A stretch of DNA of 64,000 nucleotides from a virus: the IMG/VR virus record IMGVR_UViG_3300037468_000262, positions 6,657-70,656 of that record. One strand, written 5' to 3'. The position numbers and the translations under genes are program-made. How positions within the stretch are numbered: the stretch's first letter is position 1; each line of letters begins with the position of its first letter. The notes under the pieces were generated by a model. The model was given only the letters and a program-made list of their open reading frames with translations, was not told the origin of the DNA and searched no databases. Shown piece by piece: positions 50,616 to 60,358 of this stretch.

Positions 50616-50882
50616 ATGAACGACAACCGAGACTGGACCGTCCCACCGGGCCACCTGATTGAAGAACTTCGCCAAGAGCGACGAATTTCTCTTCACGACT
50701 TTGCTGGGGAAACCGGCTTGACCGTGCCGGAAGTTTTAGAACTTGACTCGGGAGCCCTTAAAATTGACCCCCTGCTTGCTGAGCGCCTCGAGTACGTGTT
50801 CGGCATTCCAGAGAACTTCTGGCTAACTTTGCAAAGCAACTACGAAAAAGACCTTAAGAAAGGAAGAAAAATTTATGATTGA
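50616..50882 (+). CDS. HigA-like HTH (XRE) protein
   Basis: PPG..I.E....R.IS...FA and A.RLE.VFG....FWL.LQ.NY motifs. Confidence 0.75.
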   Translation: MNDNRDWTVPPGHLIEELRQERRISLHDFAGETGLTVPEVLELDSGALKIDPLLAERLEYVFGIPENFWLTLQSNYEKDLKKGRKIYD

Positions 50883-51356
50883 ACTTTGTGTATCGGAAAA
50901 CAAAAGCTTCGACCCGTTTCGATTTTACCGGAATAGGGTGAGGGTGTTCCTCGACAGGGACTACCGTTACGGATTGTGGATTGACGAAGACAAGCTGTTC
51001 GATCTTCTATCTGACGAGCAGAAAAAGCAATACTTGAATGATAGATCCACCGAAGGCATGTACTACGAAATTACGAGGGAGGTTGCTGAAGAGGTCTTAG
51101 AAACGGGGCATTCCCCTTACAAGAAACAAAAACTTCGCCCATGAGTGAGATCCCCACCAGAGTTAGAGAAGCTACCGAGAAAGTTCTCGAAAGTCTTCAA
51201 GAAAGTGGCTTATCTGAATTGTACGAAGAAGGGCAAATCTCTAGAGACCTGTACGAAAAGTTCTTAAGCAAAGACTCTTGGGGCTGGACCTCTCACGACT
51301 TGTTCCAGTATTGGCAAATAAACAACTTAACTTAACGTATAACTTTAATACCCGAA

Positions 51357-53378
51357 ATGACAAACACTATTAATGTAAACCTGGCACAGCAAGTCCAGGA
51401 GGATTACCTAGCTTATTCCTTAAGCGTAATCGTGGGTAGGGCATTCCCCCGATACACAGACGGCTGTAAGACTATTTCTCGGCGTATCATGACAGCTATG
51501 AGATGGCTTAACCTAAAGCCCGAGGGACGCTATATGAAAAGCGCCAGGGTTGAGGGTGAAGTTATGGGTAAATTAAGCCCCCACGGAGGCAGTTATAGTT
51601 CCATTGTAACTTTGGCTGCCCCTTGGAATAACATGGTTCCTTTAGTGGATGGGCATGGAAATTGGGGGTCCTCGACAGACCAAGCCGCGAGTTCCAGGTA
51701 CACTGAATGCAAACTATCTCCCTTCGCCTGGGACTGCCTCTTAGACGACTCAGACACTTGGGAAACGACACCAAACTACGACGGCTCTTTGCAAGAGCCT
51801 GTGGAGCTGAATGTTAAGATCCCGTACGTTCTGCTCAATGGGCAAGAAGGCATTGGAGTAGGCTACGCCTGTAAAATAGCTTCCCACAACCTCCGATCTA
51901 TTGTTGAAGCAACAAAGTTGGTGTGCGAAGACTCAGTCACAGAAAAAGCGTATGCCGAAAACCTTCGCAAAGCTCGAGAAATTCTCCTACCCGACTTCCC
52001 CACTGGCACCCAGATCGTTAAAGATGAGCAACTAGAGCAGTACTCCAAGACAGGTTCGGGTAGCATTCGTTGCATGGCGCGTGTAGAACAGGGTCTTCAA
52101 AAAAGAGATGGCAGGGCCAAAGATCGCGTTACCCTTTCTTTCACACACTTACCCCCCGGAACTAACCCTGAAAAACTAGGCGAACAAATTAAAAATGAGC
52201 TGGAAAAGGGTAGGATAGAGGGTGTTGCCGAGGTCAATGACCTCTCCGACCTTTCAGGAGACTGCGTTCAAATTATTGCTAAACCAGGTGTTGATGCAGA
52301 AAAACTTCGTAATCAACTCTACTCATACACAGACCTCGACACCAAGTTCTCTGCAAAAACCCTGGTGATCGATGGTATCAAACCTGTTGAGCTTTCACCA
52401 GTTCAAATTGTAGAGAAATGGGTGAGTTGGAGGCTCGACCGCCTTCAAGTGAAGTTTAGTAGAGAGCTTGACCTGAAGAGTGCTCGCTTACACATTGTTC
52501 AAGGGTTGCTCAAAGCCATTGACAAGATGGACTTGATTATCAAGAAGATCCGAGCAGCGAAGGACAAAGCCGAGGCGAAAGCTGCCCTGATGGCAACACC
52601 CTTCAAGTTCACAGACAAGCAAGCAGAAGCGATCCTAGAGATGCGTCTGAGGCAGCTTACTGGATTGGATCAGAACGATCTTACTTTTGAAGGAAACTCC
52701 CTGCAAGCGAGAATCGACGAGCTTGACGAGCTGGTTAGCGATGAAACCAGCGGCATCACCGCTCGCAAACTCTACATGCTGGAAGAGCTGAGTGAGCTCG
52801 GGAAACGACACGGAGAGGCTCGCAGGAGCCCCCTCGTGGAGCCCCCGGTGGGAGAGGTGGCCCCTAGCCCAGGCGAGAGGGCGAAGCGCCCTGCAGCCGC
52901 TCCGAAGCCCCGCTTCCTCAAGGTTGACGCCAAGAAGGGCATGGTTGAGCAAGCGAAGGGTCCTCGGGGTGCCCTCGTTGTTGATGCCAAAGAGAAAGTC
53001 ATCCTCATGACTGAAGACGGAATGCTCAAGAAAGTTCCGGCAAACTTTAAGGGAACCATCTCAACTTCTTACTCTGCCGTGTCCTTAGCTAAGCGAGAGG
53101 CCGACGTCTCCAAGCGGAAATACCTGGTTGTATTTGAACTTGAGGGGCAACTTAAGGCTCTGACTCTTAACGGCGAAGACCTTTGCAGAGCAACAAGTAA
53201 AGGCAAGAAGTGGTTACCCGAAGGTGCAACACTGAGACATTTCGGAGAAGGCGACTACACTGTGAACTGGGTGTCCACGCGGAAGAAAGCAGTGAAGCTT
53301 AACTTAAATGTTAAAGCGGGTAAGCCCGGTGGCAAAGGTGTCAAGGTCGCCAACATCTCGGAGGTGAAACTAGCCTAG
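51357..53378 (+). CDS. Type II DNA topoisomerase subunit A (GyrA/ParC-like)
   Basis: RA.P..DG.K...RRI, KSARV.G.V.GK..PHG, catalytic SRYTE, GIGVG and PDFPTG. Confidence 0.92.
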   Translation: MTNTINVNLAQQVQEDYLAYSLSVIVGRAFPRYTDGCKTISRRIMTAMRWLNLKPEGRYMKSARVEGEVMGKLSPHGGSYSSIVTLAAPWNNMVPLVDGHGNWGSSTDQAASSRYTECKLSPFAWDCLLDDSDTWETTPNYDGSLQEPVELNVKIPYVLLNGQEGIGVGYACKIASHNLRSIVEATKLVCEDSVTEKAYAENLRKAREILLPDFPTGTQIVKDEQLEQYSKTGSGSIRCMARVEQGLQKRDGRAKDRVTLSFTHLPPGTNPEKLGEQIKNELEKGRIEGVAEVNDLSDLSGDCVQIIAKPGVDAEKLRNQLYSYTDLDTKFSAKTLVIDGIKPVELSPVQIVEKWVSWRLDRLQVKFSRELDLKSARLHIVQGLLKAIDKMDLIIKKIRAAKDKAEAKAALMATPFKFTDKQAEAILEMRLRQLTGLDQNDLTFEGNSLQARIDELDELVSDETSGITARKLYMLEELSELGKRHGEARRSPLVEPPVGEVAPSPGERAKRPAAAPKPRFLKVDAKKGMVEQAKGPRGALVVDAKEKVILMTEDGMLKKVPANFKGTISTSYSAVSLAKREADVSKRKYLVVFELEGQLKALTLNGEDLCRATSKGKKWLPEGATLRHFGEGDYTVNWVSTRKKAVKLNLNVKAGKPGGKGVKVANISEVKLA

Positions 53379-53457
53379 AGACAGGAAACCGGGTAAAATG
53401 GTTGTGAGGCTTTACTGAAAGCCCCCCCAGCTAAACTCTAATTAGTTGAAAAGAGCC

Positions 53458-53997
53458 ATGTCCATAGTCTACCCTGTCTCTCGGTTACTCGCTAACCCTC
53501 GACTGTTTCTTGCCATCTCAAACTATCTGGGAGGAGTTTTCGATTCGGGCGTCTTAAGAGATGTTTTTTACGATTTGTTAGAAGCAGAGGTTAATGAATT
53601 GCCCGACGAGGAATGTGAATTCTTAGCCGAAGAAGTTTGCTTTGAAGTTGAAGACGAAGGAAGGGTGTTTAACATATACTTCGATACCGGGTCTTCAATA
53701 AAAGTAGAGGCAACCGAAGAAGGTTACAAACCTCAAATCACATCGGAGTTCGAAATGGCTACTGCTTCAGCAGTTAATAATCGACTTATTTGCGCGATTG
53801 AGGAATCCCACCCAGAGCTCAAAGATGATATCGCTTTTGAGCACCCTCCAACCCCTGGTAACGGGTTTCTGAGTTCTAAAGACGGTTTTTCCGGAAGTTT
53901 CCACCTTCGCTCAGACCCGAACAAAAAATATGCGTTTACTATAACGATAGTAGACCCTGACACTGATCACTTAGAAGCCGAAGTTCGACCCCTTTAA
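53458..53997 (+). CDS. Acidic hypothetical protein
   Basis: ORF; GGGTAAAAT upstream. Confidence 0.65.
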   Translation: MSIVYPVSRLLANPRLFLAISNYLGGVFDSGVLRDVFYDLLEAEVNELPDEECEFLAEEVCFEVEDEGRVFNIYFDTGSSIKVEATEEGYKPQITSEFEMATASAVNNRLICAIEESHPELKDDIAFEHPPTPGNGFLSSKDGFSGSFHLRSDPNKKYAFTITIVDPDTDHLEAEVRPL

Positions 53998-54010
53998 AGC
54001 GAAAACAACC

Positions 54011-54841
54011 ATGCAAGATAATATAGTGTTTGCGACCGATAGCATGAGATCCTCGGTCTCTTCACTCAAGAAAAAACTATCAAACCTGAGAATTAGCGTT
54101 GAGCAACTTGGTTCCGAAGTTGAAAAGATTGAGTCCAAATTCGACAAATTGCTCACCCAAACCGAAATCTATAAAGCCAAACTAGAACGAGAAAAAGGAC
54201 GGGAAGTGCGCCGACTCGAACTCGAACTTTCGAAACTCCGGAAGCATTTGAAAGAAGTTAACCCCGTTGTGGACTCTCAGGAAGATCCGACAGAGCTTAG
54301 TATAGCTTCCACTCTAGCCGTCTTTGAGTGTCTACTTCGACACATGTGCGAAGGCGCAGATGACTTTCGCCTCATGAGTTACGCTTTTCTGTTCCCTGCC
54401 ATAATCGAAAGGGTTGTTTCTTCCGAAGACCCTGCTTACTTCATACAAAAGTTACCCGAGTCTTCTCAAATAGTTATCAACCGGGGTAAAGAATATGTTG
54501 CTTACCTGAGAGAAAACTGTGAAACCCATGTTACAGACCCAGAGGCGTGGGAGCAGTACATATACCAAGTTACGGACTGGTGGAGGAACGACGCTCTCCC
54601 CCTACTTTATGGTGAGAGAGACGAAGAGTGGGATTCTGATGTCCCTTTATCCCTTGTAGAGATTCTAATGTGGCGAGATGAGCCAGGAGAAAGACCGATT
54701 CACTTTTCCCCCGTGTTCGACGCTTACGAGATCTACAGAGCTCATAAAGATGAAGTTTACAATAGTAGTGGGGTCAGGGCTTTTGACTTGAAGATGTTTA
54801 AGTTCGGCTCACCAGAACTCGATAACAAGGATCCAGGGTAG
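54011..54841 (+). CDS. Hypothetical protein with N-terminal coiled coil
   Basis: ORF. Confidence 0.7.
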   Translation: MQDNIVFATDSMRSSVSSLKKKLSNLRISVEQLGSEVEKIESKFDKLLTQTEIYKAKLEREKGREVRRLELELSKLRKHLKEVNPVVDSQEDPTELSIASTLAVFECLLRHMCEGADDFRLMSYAFLFPAIIERVVSSEDPAYFIQKLPESSQIVINRGKEYVAYLRENCETHVTDPEAWEQYIYQVTDWWRNDALPLLYGERDEEWDSDVPLSLVEILMWRDEPGERPIHFSPVFDAYEIYRAHKDEVYNSSGVRAFDLKMFKFGSPELDNKDPG

Positions 54842-54918
54842 GTTCAGTTACCCCATAAAAAGACCTGAGTTTACCACACCCTAAACCAAGCTAAAATAAA
54901 CCAGAACAATCAAACGAC

Positions 54919-57855
54919 ATGAGAACCAGCGAACTCGGATATCCTGTCCTTTCAAGCACTCTTCACCAGAAAGTGTTTGGCGACGAAAAGATGGCGCCCA
55001 TGAGTACCTCTGCTCGCCGCAAGGCCGAGAGCCTTCTGAAGCAATTCGACATCTCAGTTCCAGTAGATCACCCTGATAACTTGTATGATGGCCCACTGCC
55101 ACTACCTAGTTTGAAGGGTGATTCTTTGCACGAGCACTTTGAGAGAATTGCAACAGAGCAAGTAGGGGTATATAAAGAACTTGGAGACAGTCTGTCCAAG
55201 TGCGTACTTCCGAAACTCCCGTCAACTTCAGACTTTGTTTATCAAGCCGGTTGGACACGCTACGAGTGGCTTGAAGAAGAAGGCAAGTTTCTGAGAGAGT
55301 CTGTGCCATTCCCCACAGAAGAAGCCTTCACATTTGACACAGAGACCTTCGTGAAAGCAGGGGCATTCCCCATCATCGGCACTGCCCTTAGTGAAAAGGC
55401 GACTTATATTTGGCTAGCATCCGAACTCATTGACCCTACCCTACCGGAAGAGCAGTGGGACCAACGAGACCTTATCCCTATTGGGGGAAACAGGTTTGTA
55501 GCGGGGCACAACATTAGCTACGACCGAGTGCGGTCCCGAGAAGGTTACTCTCTTGATCGCAATAAACCGGAAAACTTTTACTTCGACACCCTGTCTGCCC
55601 ACATTGGGGTGTCCGGTTTGGCCGCTGGACAAAGGTGGTTGTACCTTCTTGCTGCCAAAGACCCCGATAATCTAACAGAAGAAGAAAAGAGAAAGTTGAG
55701 GTATGCCCCGAAGTGGCTCGACGAGGGTTCCACGAACAGTCTTGTTCAATGCTACAACTTCCATGTATACGAGGTTAGGAAGTACTTTGGTGATGAGACG
55801 GTTCGCCCCCTGAACCAAGGGGACAAGAAAGTCCGAGACATATTCGTAGATGCTACACACATTTCTCAAATTACTGCTGTTCTTGAAAAAGCAGTTGAGT
55901 ATGCCGTAAGAGACGCATTTTACACTGCGGAACTTTTCCAAGCTCTGTGGCCTAAATACCTTGACAGTACCCCTTCTATGGTGGGTCTTTGCGGACATTA
56001 CCACTTAAACGGTTCCGTTGTCCCTCTAGTGGATGACTGGGCTGAGTGGATCCGTAATACTGAGAAAGTTTTCCACGAGCACAATCAGGAAATGACTGAG
56101 TTGTGTAGAAAACTTGTTTGGAAGACATATGAAGAGTGGAAAGGAATCTTCGAAGGTGAGGAAGATCCTGAGGAAGGGTTGAGGCAAGCTATGGCTTGGG
56201 TGAAACTTGACCCTTGGGTGTCCCAACTTAACTGGGAGGTAGCAAGTCGAAAAGGTAAGTATGCCTGGGTTCCAACTTGGATGCGCCCTTTCATAAAGGA
56301 TCCTGATCAACACATCGGCGTTAAGTCTCAACTGGCCCACTTACTATTGAGGCTTAAGTACGAAGGGTCCTACATGGTTCTCACCAAGGAAGACGGGTGG
56401 TGCTATTACGACGAGTCTCACAAACTTACTAAGATCCCCCACCCTAAGGGCAACGGAGATAATGTCGGGGGAGTTTTGTCAAAAGACTTCGTTCAAGACA
56501 TGGAAACAGGTAAACTGAGTAGTGATCTACCTGAAGCGAAAAGAGCACTTGACATTTCCAACTCAATCTCTTACTGGACATCCGTTCGTAAGCGTGTGAT
56601 GGATAGGATTTTCCTTGATGTTAAGAACCCTCACGGTACTGACACCCTTGTTACTCTGCCCGAAATTCTGTGTCACGGCACCGTTACACGGAGAACGGTC
56701 GAGAGTCTCATGGCAACAATGTGTTCCACGAAAAACTGGCGCATTGGGACCGAGCTGAAAACTAGGGTCCAGGCACCAGAAGGGTGGAAAATCGTGAGCG
56801 CTGACTACGATGGCCAAGAACTTCAAATTGCTTCCATCTACAGCGATAAATGGGAGGGAGGCTTCGTAGGCTGCTCTCCGATGGGTTATAACGTCTTGTC
56901 CGGTTCGAAGGAAAACGGAACAGATCCGCACACAGCTTTGGCCAGGGCCATTCTTCCTGAGCTGTATAAAGGTCTCGTTTGGGAAAGAAAGCTGGGCGTA
57001 TGCTACAAGTTTGGAACTGAACCTCTGACAACCCCCGGTTGCGTAAAATTCAGTGACTATTGGCTTTGTCCCATTGACGACAAGAAAGACAAACTTCTGA
57101 AAAAAGCGAGAGATCTTAGCAAGATCGTTGGCTTCGCAACCCTATACGGGGGAAGTGTAAGAGCCCTCAGCACTCCGATTCGGAGAACTTTCCCTGAAAA
57201 GAAAGAGCGAGAAGTCAAAGACTTTGCCTTGAAAGCTTTGTCTTCGAAGAAAGGAGTGTTGTCAAATGGGACTTACGAGGGAGGCTCTGACTCAGGTGCC
57301 TTCAACTTGATGGAACAAATTTCTATGAGAACGAAAGTTCCTCAGCTCCCGTGTTTGGGTACCAAGATCTCAACTGCAATGCGCCCTGCTGCGGTCGGAA
57401 ACGACTTTAAGACGGGTCGAACTAACTGGACCATTCAAGCTTCAGGTGCTGAGATTCTTTCCATCACGCTAACCGCAGTCGCATGGTTGGCGGAGGAATT
57501 TAAGATTCCCTATCGTTTCATTATCAGCATCCACGACGAACTACATTTTATGACGCCTGAAAGATACGCAGAGCAGTTCGCTGTAGTGTTCCAAATTGCT
57601 CACTTGTACACTTGGGCTAATTTCCATAGTGCTGTGAACATTCCGGAACTGCCCCTTAGTAGGGCATTTTTCTCCTCAGTAGCTATTGACTACAGGCTCA
57701 GAAAGTCTCCCAAAGAGTGTACTGTGACACCCTCTAATTTAAGAGGGTTTGAGGAGCCGAACGGCGTCGAATACTCAATGAGCGAGCTTAGCGAGATCGG
57801 TGCTATTGACAAGTTGAAAGTTCGGTACGACGCTATTCAAAAAGGTTTAATTTGA
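54919..57855 (+). CDS. Family A DNA polymerase, mitochondrial Pol gamma-like
   Basis: Exo FDTE, GHNISYDR, DTLSAH; gamma-type SYW.S.RKR and GTVTRR.VE; pol motifs ADYDGQEL, R..K...F..LYG and ISIHDE. Confidence 0.92.
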   Translation: MRTSELGYPVLSSTLHQKVFGDEKMAPMSTSARRKAESLLKQFDISVPVDHPDNLYDGPLPLPSLKGDSLHEHFERIATEQVGVYKELGDSLSKCVLPKLPSTSDFVYQAGWTRYEWLEEEGKFLRESVPFPTEEAFTFDTETFVKAGAFPIIGTALSEKATYIWLASELIDPTLPEEQWDQRDLIPIGGNRFVAGHNISYDRVRSREGYSLDRNKPENFYFDTLSAHIGVSGLAAGQRWLYLLAAKDPDNLTEEEKRKLRYAPKWLDEGSTNSLVQCYNFHVYEVRKYFGDETVRPLNQGDKKVRDIFVDATHISQITAVLEKAVEYAVRDAFYTAELFQALWPKYLDSTPSMVGLCGHYHLNGSVVPLVDDWAEWIRNTEKVFHEHNQEMTELCRKLVWKTYEEWKGIFEGEEDPEEGLRQAMAWVKLDPWVSQLNWEVASRKGKYAWVPTWMRPFIKDPDQHIGVKSQLAHLLLRLKYEGSYMVLTKEDGWCYYDESHKLTKIPHPKGNGDNVGGVLSKDFVQDMETGKLSSDLPEAKRALDISNSISYWTSVRKRVMDRIFLDVKNPHGTDTLVTLPEILCHGTVTRRTVESLMATMCSTKNWRIGTELKTRVQAPEGWKIVSADYDGQELQIASIYSDKWEGGFVGCSPMGYNVLSGSKENGTDPHTALARAILPELYKGLVWERKLGVCYKFGTEPLTTPGCVKFSDYWLCPIDDKKDKLLKKARDLSKIVGFATLYGGSVRALSTPIRRTFPEKKEREVKDFALKALSSKKGVLSNGTYEGGSDSGAFNLMEQISMRTKVPQLPCLGTKISTAMRPAAVGNDFKTGRTNWTIQASGAEILSITLTAVAWLAEEFKIPYRFIISIHDELHFMTPERYAEQFAVVFQIAHLYTWANFHSAVNIPELPLSRAFFSSVAIDYRLRKSPKECTVTPSNLRGFEEPNGVEYSMSELSEIGAIDKLKVRYDAIQKGLI

Positions 57856-58081
57856 GACAAACAATGAAGAAACACACCAAAGTTAAAAAGCCCAGAGTTC
57901 AATCAGCAGACATCTTTCCTTGCAAGACGAAGGTAGGGATGTACTGGTGGCCTGTCCCGTACGACAAGAAAGACAAGTTTATCCCTTCCTCCGTTGATTG
58001 CGTGTATTCTCAAGAATACTTTTCAGAACGAGACGCTGTTATCATGCTTCGGGCACTCTAACGATAAGAAGAAGTTAAACA

Positions 58082-58300
58082 ATGCCCTTCCCTCTACCCC
58101 TTGATCCTGACTTCAGAAAAGAAGTCATAAAAAGTTGGATTGAAGATGTTCACGATAGAATAGAGTTGGGGGACAGAGAAAGTGCTGAGCTAAGCTGGAA
58201 AATTGCCAATAGTTTGTTCGTCTCCCTTCCAGCTGGACAGGGGGACTTTTCTCTTGAGACCAACTTGATAGAAAGTAGGGTAAAACTAGAGCAGCATTGA
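58082..58300 (+). CDS. Hypothetical protein
   Basis: ORF. Confidence 0.55.
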   Translation: MPFPLPLDPDFRKEVIKSWIEDVHDRIELGDRESAELSWKIANSLFVSLPAGQGDFSLETNLIESRVKLEQH

Positions 58301-58313
58301 TACTACACAAACC

Positions 58314-58640
58314 ATGCGCTCAGTAACAACCGAACCCAACCAATCTTTAGAACCAAAGTCTATCTCCAATCTTCAGACTTTCAGTGCAACTTTGTCAGAT
58401 GGAAGAGAAATTACAATCCGTGAAATGACTGGTCGCGACCTCATCTACATGGAAGAAGATCTGGCTAAGTATGGAGAAACTCGTCGGAGTTTTTACCTAG
58501 TCGAGAGGCTGAATGTGGGCCCCGTGAAGGTAACTTTCGATGAAGTAGCCGACATGGGTGCCCGCGATTTAAAAGTCGTGTCTGAACTTGTAAAGAAAGC
58601 TAATGGTGGCGAGGAGGAGGAAGATAAAAACCCAAAATAG
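58314..58640 (+). CDS. Putative tail assembly chaperone (G-like)
   Basis: ITIREMTGRDL...M.ARD pattern, acidic end, tail-gene context, slippery site at the 3' end. Confidence 0.65.
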   Translation: MRSVTTEPNQSLEPKSISNLQTFSATLSDGREITIREMTGRDLIYMEEDLAKYGETRRSFYLVERLNVGPVKVTFDEVADMGARDLKVVSELVKKANGGEEEEDKNPK

Positions 58641-59062
58641 AGATAGAGGAACTCGAAGACTTTTCCTTCCGGGTGATTGTAGAGTCTAACAAGCCAGTTC
58701 ATGTACGAGATATCTCCCCGAAAGACTTTTTATTTGCTAGAATTTTACAGGACAAGGGGGAAGGTGCTCTCAAGCTAATATCAAGACTTATTTCTAACCC
58801 CGAAAGTTTAGAATTCATGCCCGCAAGGGACTTTAAAACCTTTACTGTGTGGGTATCAAATAATATACTAGATGAAAGCATCCTAACCCCAGAAAGTTGG
58901 ATGGAAATTGCTTTTCATTTAAACAAACAACGGTGGGATGGGGGTATAGACTGGCTGGAAGTTCAACCCATGACGCGAATAAAGCGCATGATTGAGATCA
59001 ACCAAAAAGTAGCGGAAGAACAGCAAGACGCCATTAAAAACTCAAAGGGTAAGAGACGCTAA
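58631..59062 (+). CDS. -1 frame extension of the chaperone (GT-like)
   Basis: C CCA AAA before the TAG; the -1 frame is open into ORF 58673..59062. Confidence 0.6.
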   Translation, partial: PKIEIEELEDFSFRVIVESNKPVHVRDISPKDFLFARILQDKGEGALKLISRLISNPESLEFMPARDFKTFTVWVSNNILDESILTPESWMEIAFHLNKQRWDGGIDWLEVQPMTRIKRMIEINQKVAEEQQDAIKNSKGKRR

Positions 59063-59472
59063 TGTTCACGTTAAGCACTAAGACGAACTTTGGGGTAAAG
59101 CTATTCAGCCTCAACTGGTGGGAGCCCACAAAGTTAGAATGGGCTCCTGTACTTCTGAACGAAAACAAACCCTTTTGGAGAAACCAAACACAACCGAACG
59201 GACGACCCTGGAAACCTCTTACAAACCAGTACAGAGCGTGGAAGAAGAAAAGGTACGGTGAGCAGCCAATCTTAAGGGCAACAGGAAAAATGCAAGACAC
59301 TGCAAAAGTCCGAACGAGTCTAAAGAATGACCGCTTTGAGGTTTTAGCAACCAGCGTTGGCCCTTACCATCAATTCGGCACTAAAAAAATGGCTGCAAGG
59401 CCATGGATGGGTGTACCTGATACATCTCTTGAAAAACTCTCAGGCATTGCCTGGAAACACATTCTTAACTAA
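59062..59472 (+). CDS. Phage virion morphogenesis / tail completion protein (Mu gpG/P2 gpS-like)
   Basis: P.G.PWKPL, IL..TG.M, YHQFGT..M.ARP.MG. Confidence 0.8.
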   Translation: MFTLSTKTNFGVKLFSLNWWEPTKLEWAPVLLNENKPFWRNQTQPNGRPWKPLTNQYRAWKKKRYGEQPILRATGKMQDTAKVRTSLKNDRFEVLATSVGPYHQFGTKKMAARPWMGVPDTSLEKLSGIAWKHILN

Positions 59473-59474
59473 CT

Positions 59475-59900
59475 ATGACAAAATCTCGCGCTAAAAACGA
59501 ACAAGGTCAATTTGTCGGTGACAACCCGTCAACACCAGACGTGAATGAGGCATGGGTTGAAACCCCGAGCCAAACTTCTAAAGAAGATGAAAGTCTTTCT
59601 GCTGACCCAGTGGTTACAGAGCCGGTAAAAGAACCTGCCGGGTCTGAACCGGCGGCCGTAGAACTTACAACTTCGGCCACTACTCCGCTGAAAGAAAAGC
59701 AGAGCAAAGAAGCCATCGAAGCGTCAATCCAGGAAAAACTCTCGAAACGATCTTCCGAAGAGGTAGACCCCTTTGTGCCTTCCGCCCAACTTCAAAAAGA
59801 GGTGAAAGAAATTGCAGAACAAGCAGGATTTTCGCTTTCCAGAGGCACCGAAGCCGGAGCTGCTTTGATGGCTCGTGCACTTAGACAAGCTAAATCGTGA
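59475..59900 (+). CDS. Hypothetical protein (GQFVGDNPSTPDVNEAW motif)
   Basis: ORF in the structural module. Confidence 0.65.
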   Translation: MTKSRAKNEQGQFVGDNPSTPDVNEAWVETPSQTSKEDESLSADPVVTEPVKEPAGSEPAAVELTTSATTPLKEKQSKEAIEASIQEKLSKRSSEEVDPFVPSAQLQKEVKEIAEQAGFSLSRGTEAGAALMARALRQAKS

Positions 59901-60259
59901 ACACTCTAGTCTTCCAACCTGGAATGACTTGGAGGAAGTTAGGGTATGGGTTTTACTCAGATTCTCTTTCTTATCGCCAAGTATTAGACAACAATCCCAG
60001 ATGGTCGGTAGTTGAACTACCTCCTCCTGGAACAGTTCTAGTTGGAGGAACTACAATCTCAGGGGCTGGTTCATCGCAACAGTCCCCTATTTTCGGTAGG
60101 AGTTCGGGGCAAGAAGTTCTAGACTTTTACCCATTTCTTAGTGAGGAAGAATACTACCTATCTCTATCCTCATACAGCCGCTCAAGTCTCAGGGAAGTGA
60201 GCAGGTTGAACGGTTGGTCAACAGATAGCTCGGAAGTTGTAACAGGACTTGTAGGGTAA
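59897..60259 (+). CDS. LysM/tail protein X-like baseplate protein
   Basis: G.TW..L...FY.....Y..VL.NNP.....P.GTVL. Confidence 0.55.
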   Translation: MNTLVFQPGMTWRKLGYGFYSDSLSYRQVLDNNPRWSVVELPPPGTVLVGGTTISGAGSSQQSPIFGRSSGQEVLDFYPFLSEEEYYLSLSSYSRSSLREVSRLNGWSTDSSEVVTGLVG

Positions 60260-60358
60260 AATACAGGGGTATACACCCTAAACTTCTGGCCCACGGGCAC
60301 CACCGCCGGACTTATCCTCGCCGGCACAGAGGTAAGGAAAAGGAGGAACATAACAAAA

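Noticed and set aside
51357-57855. Inteins in topoisomerase or polymerase
   Set aside because: No C/S-start…HN splice motifs or LAGLIDADG blocks noticed; lengths fit intein-free proteins
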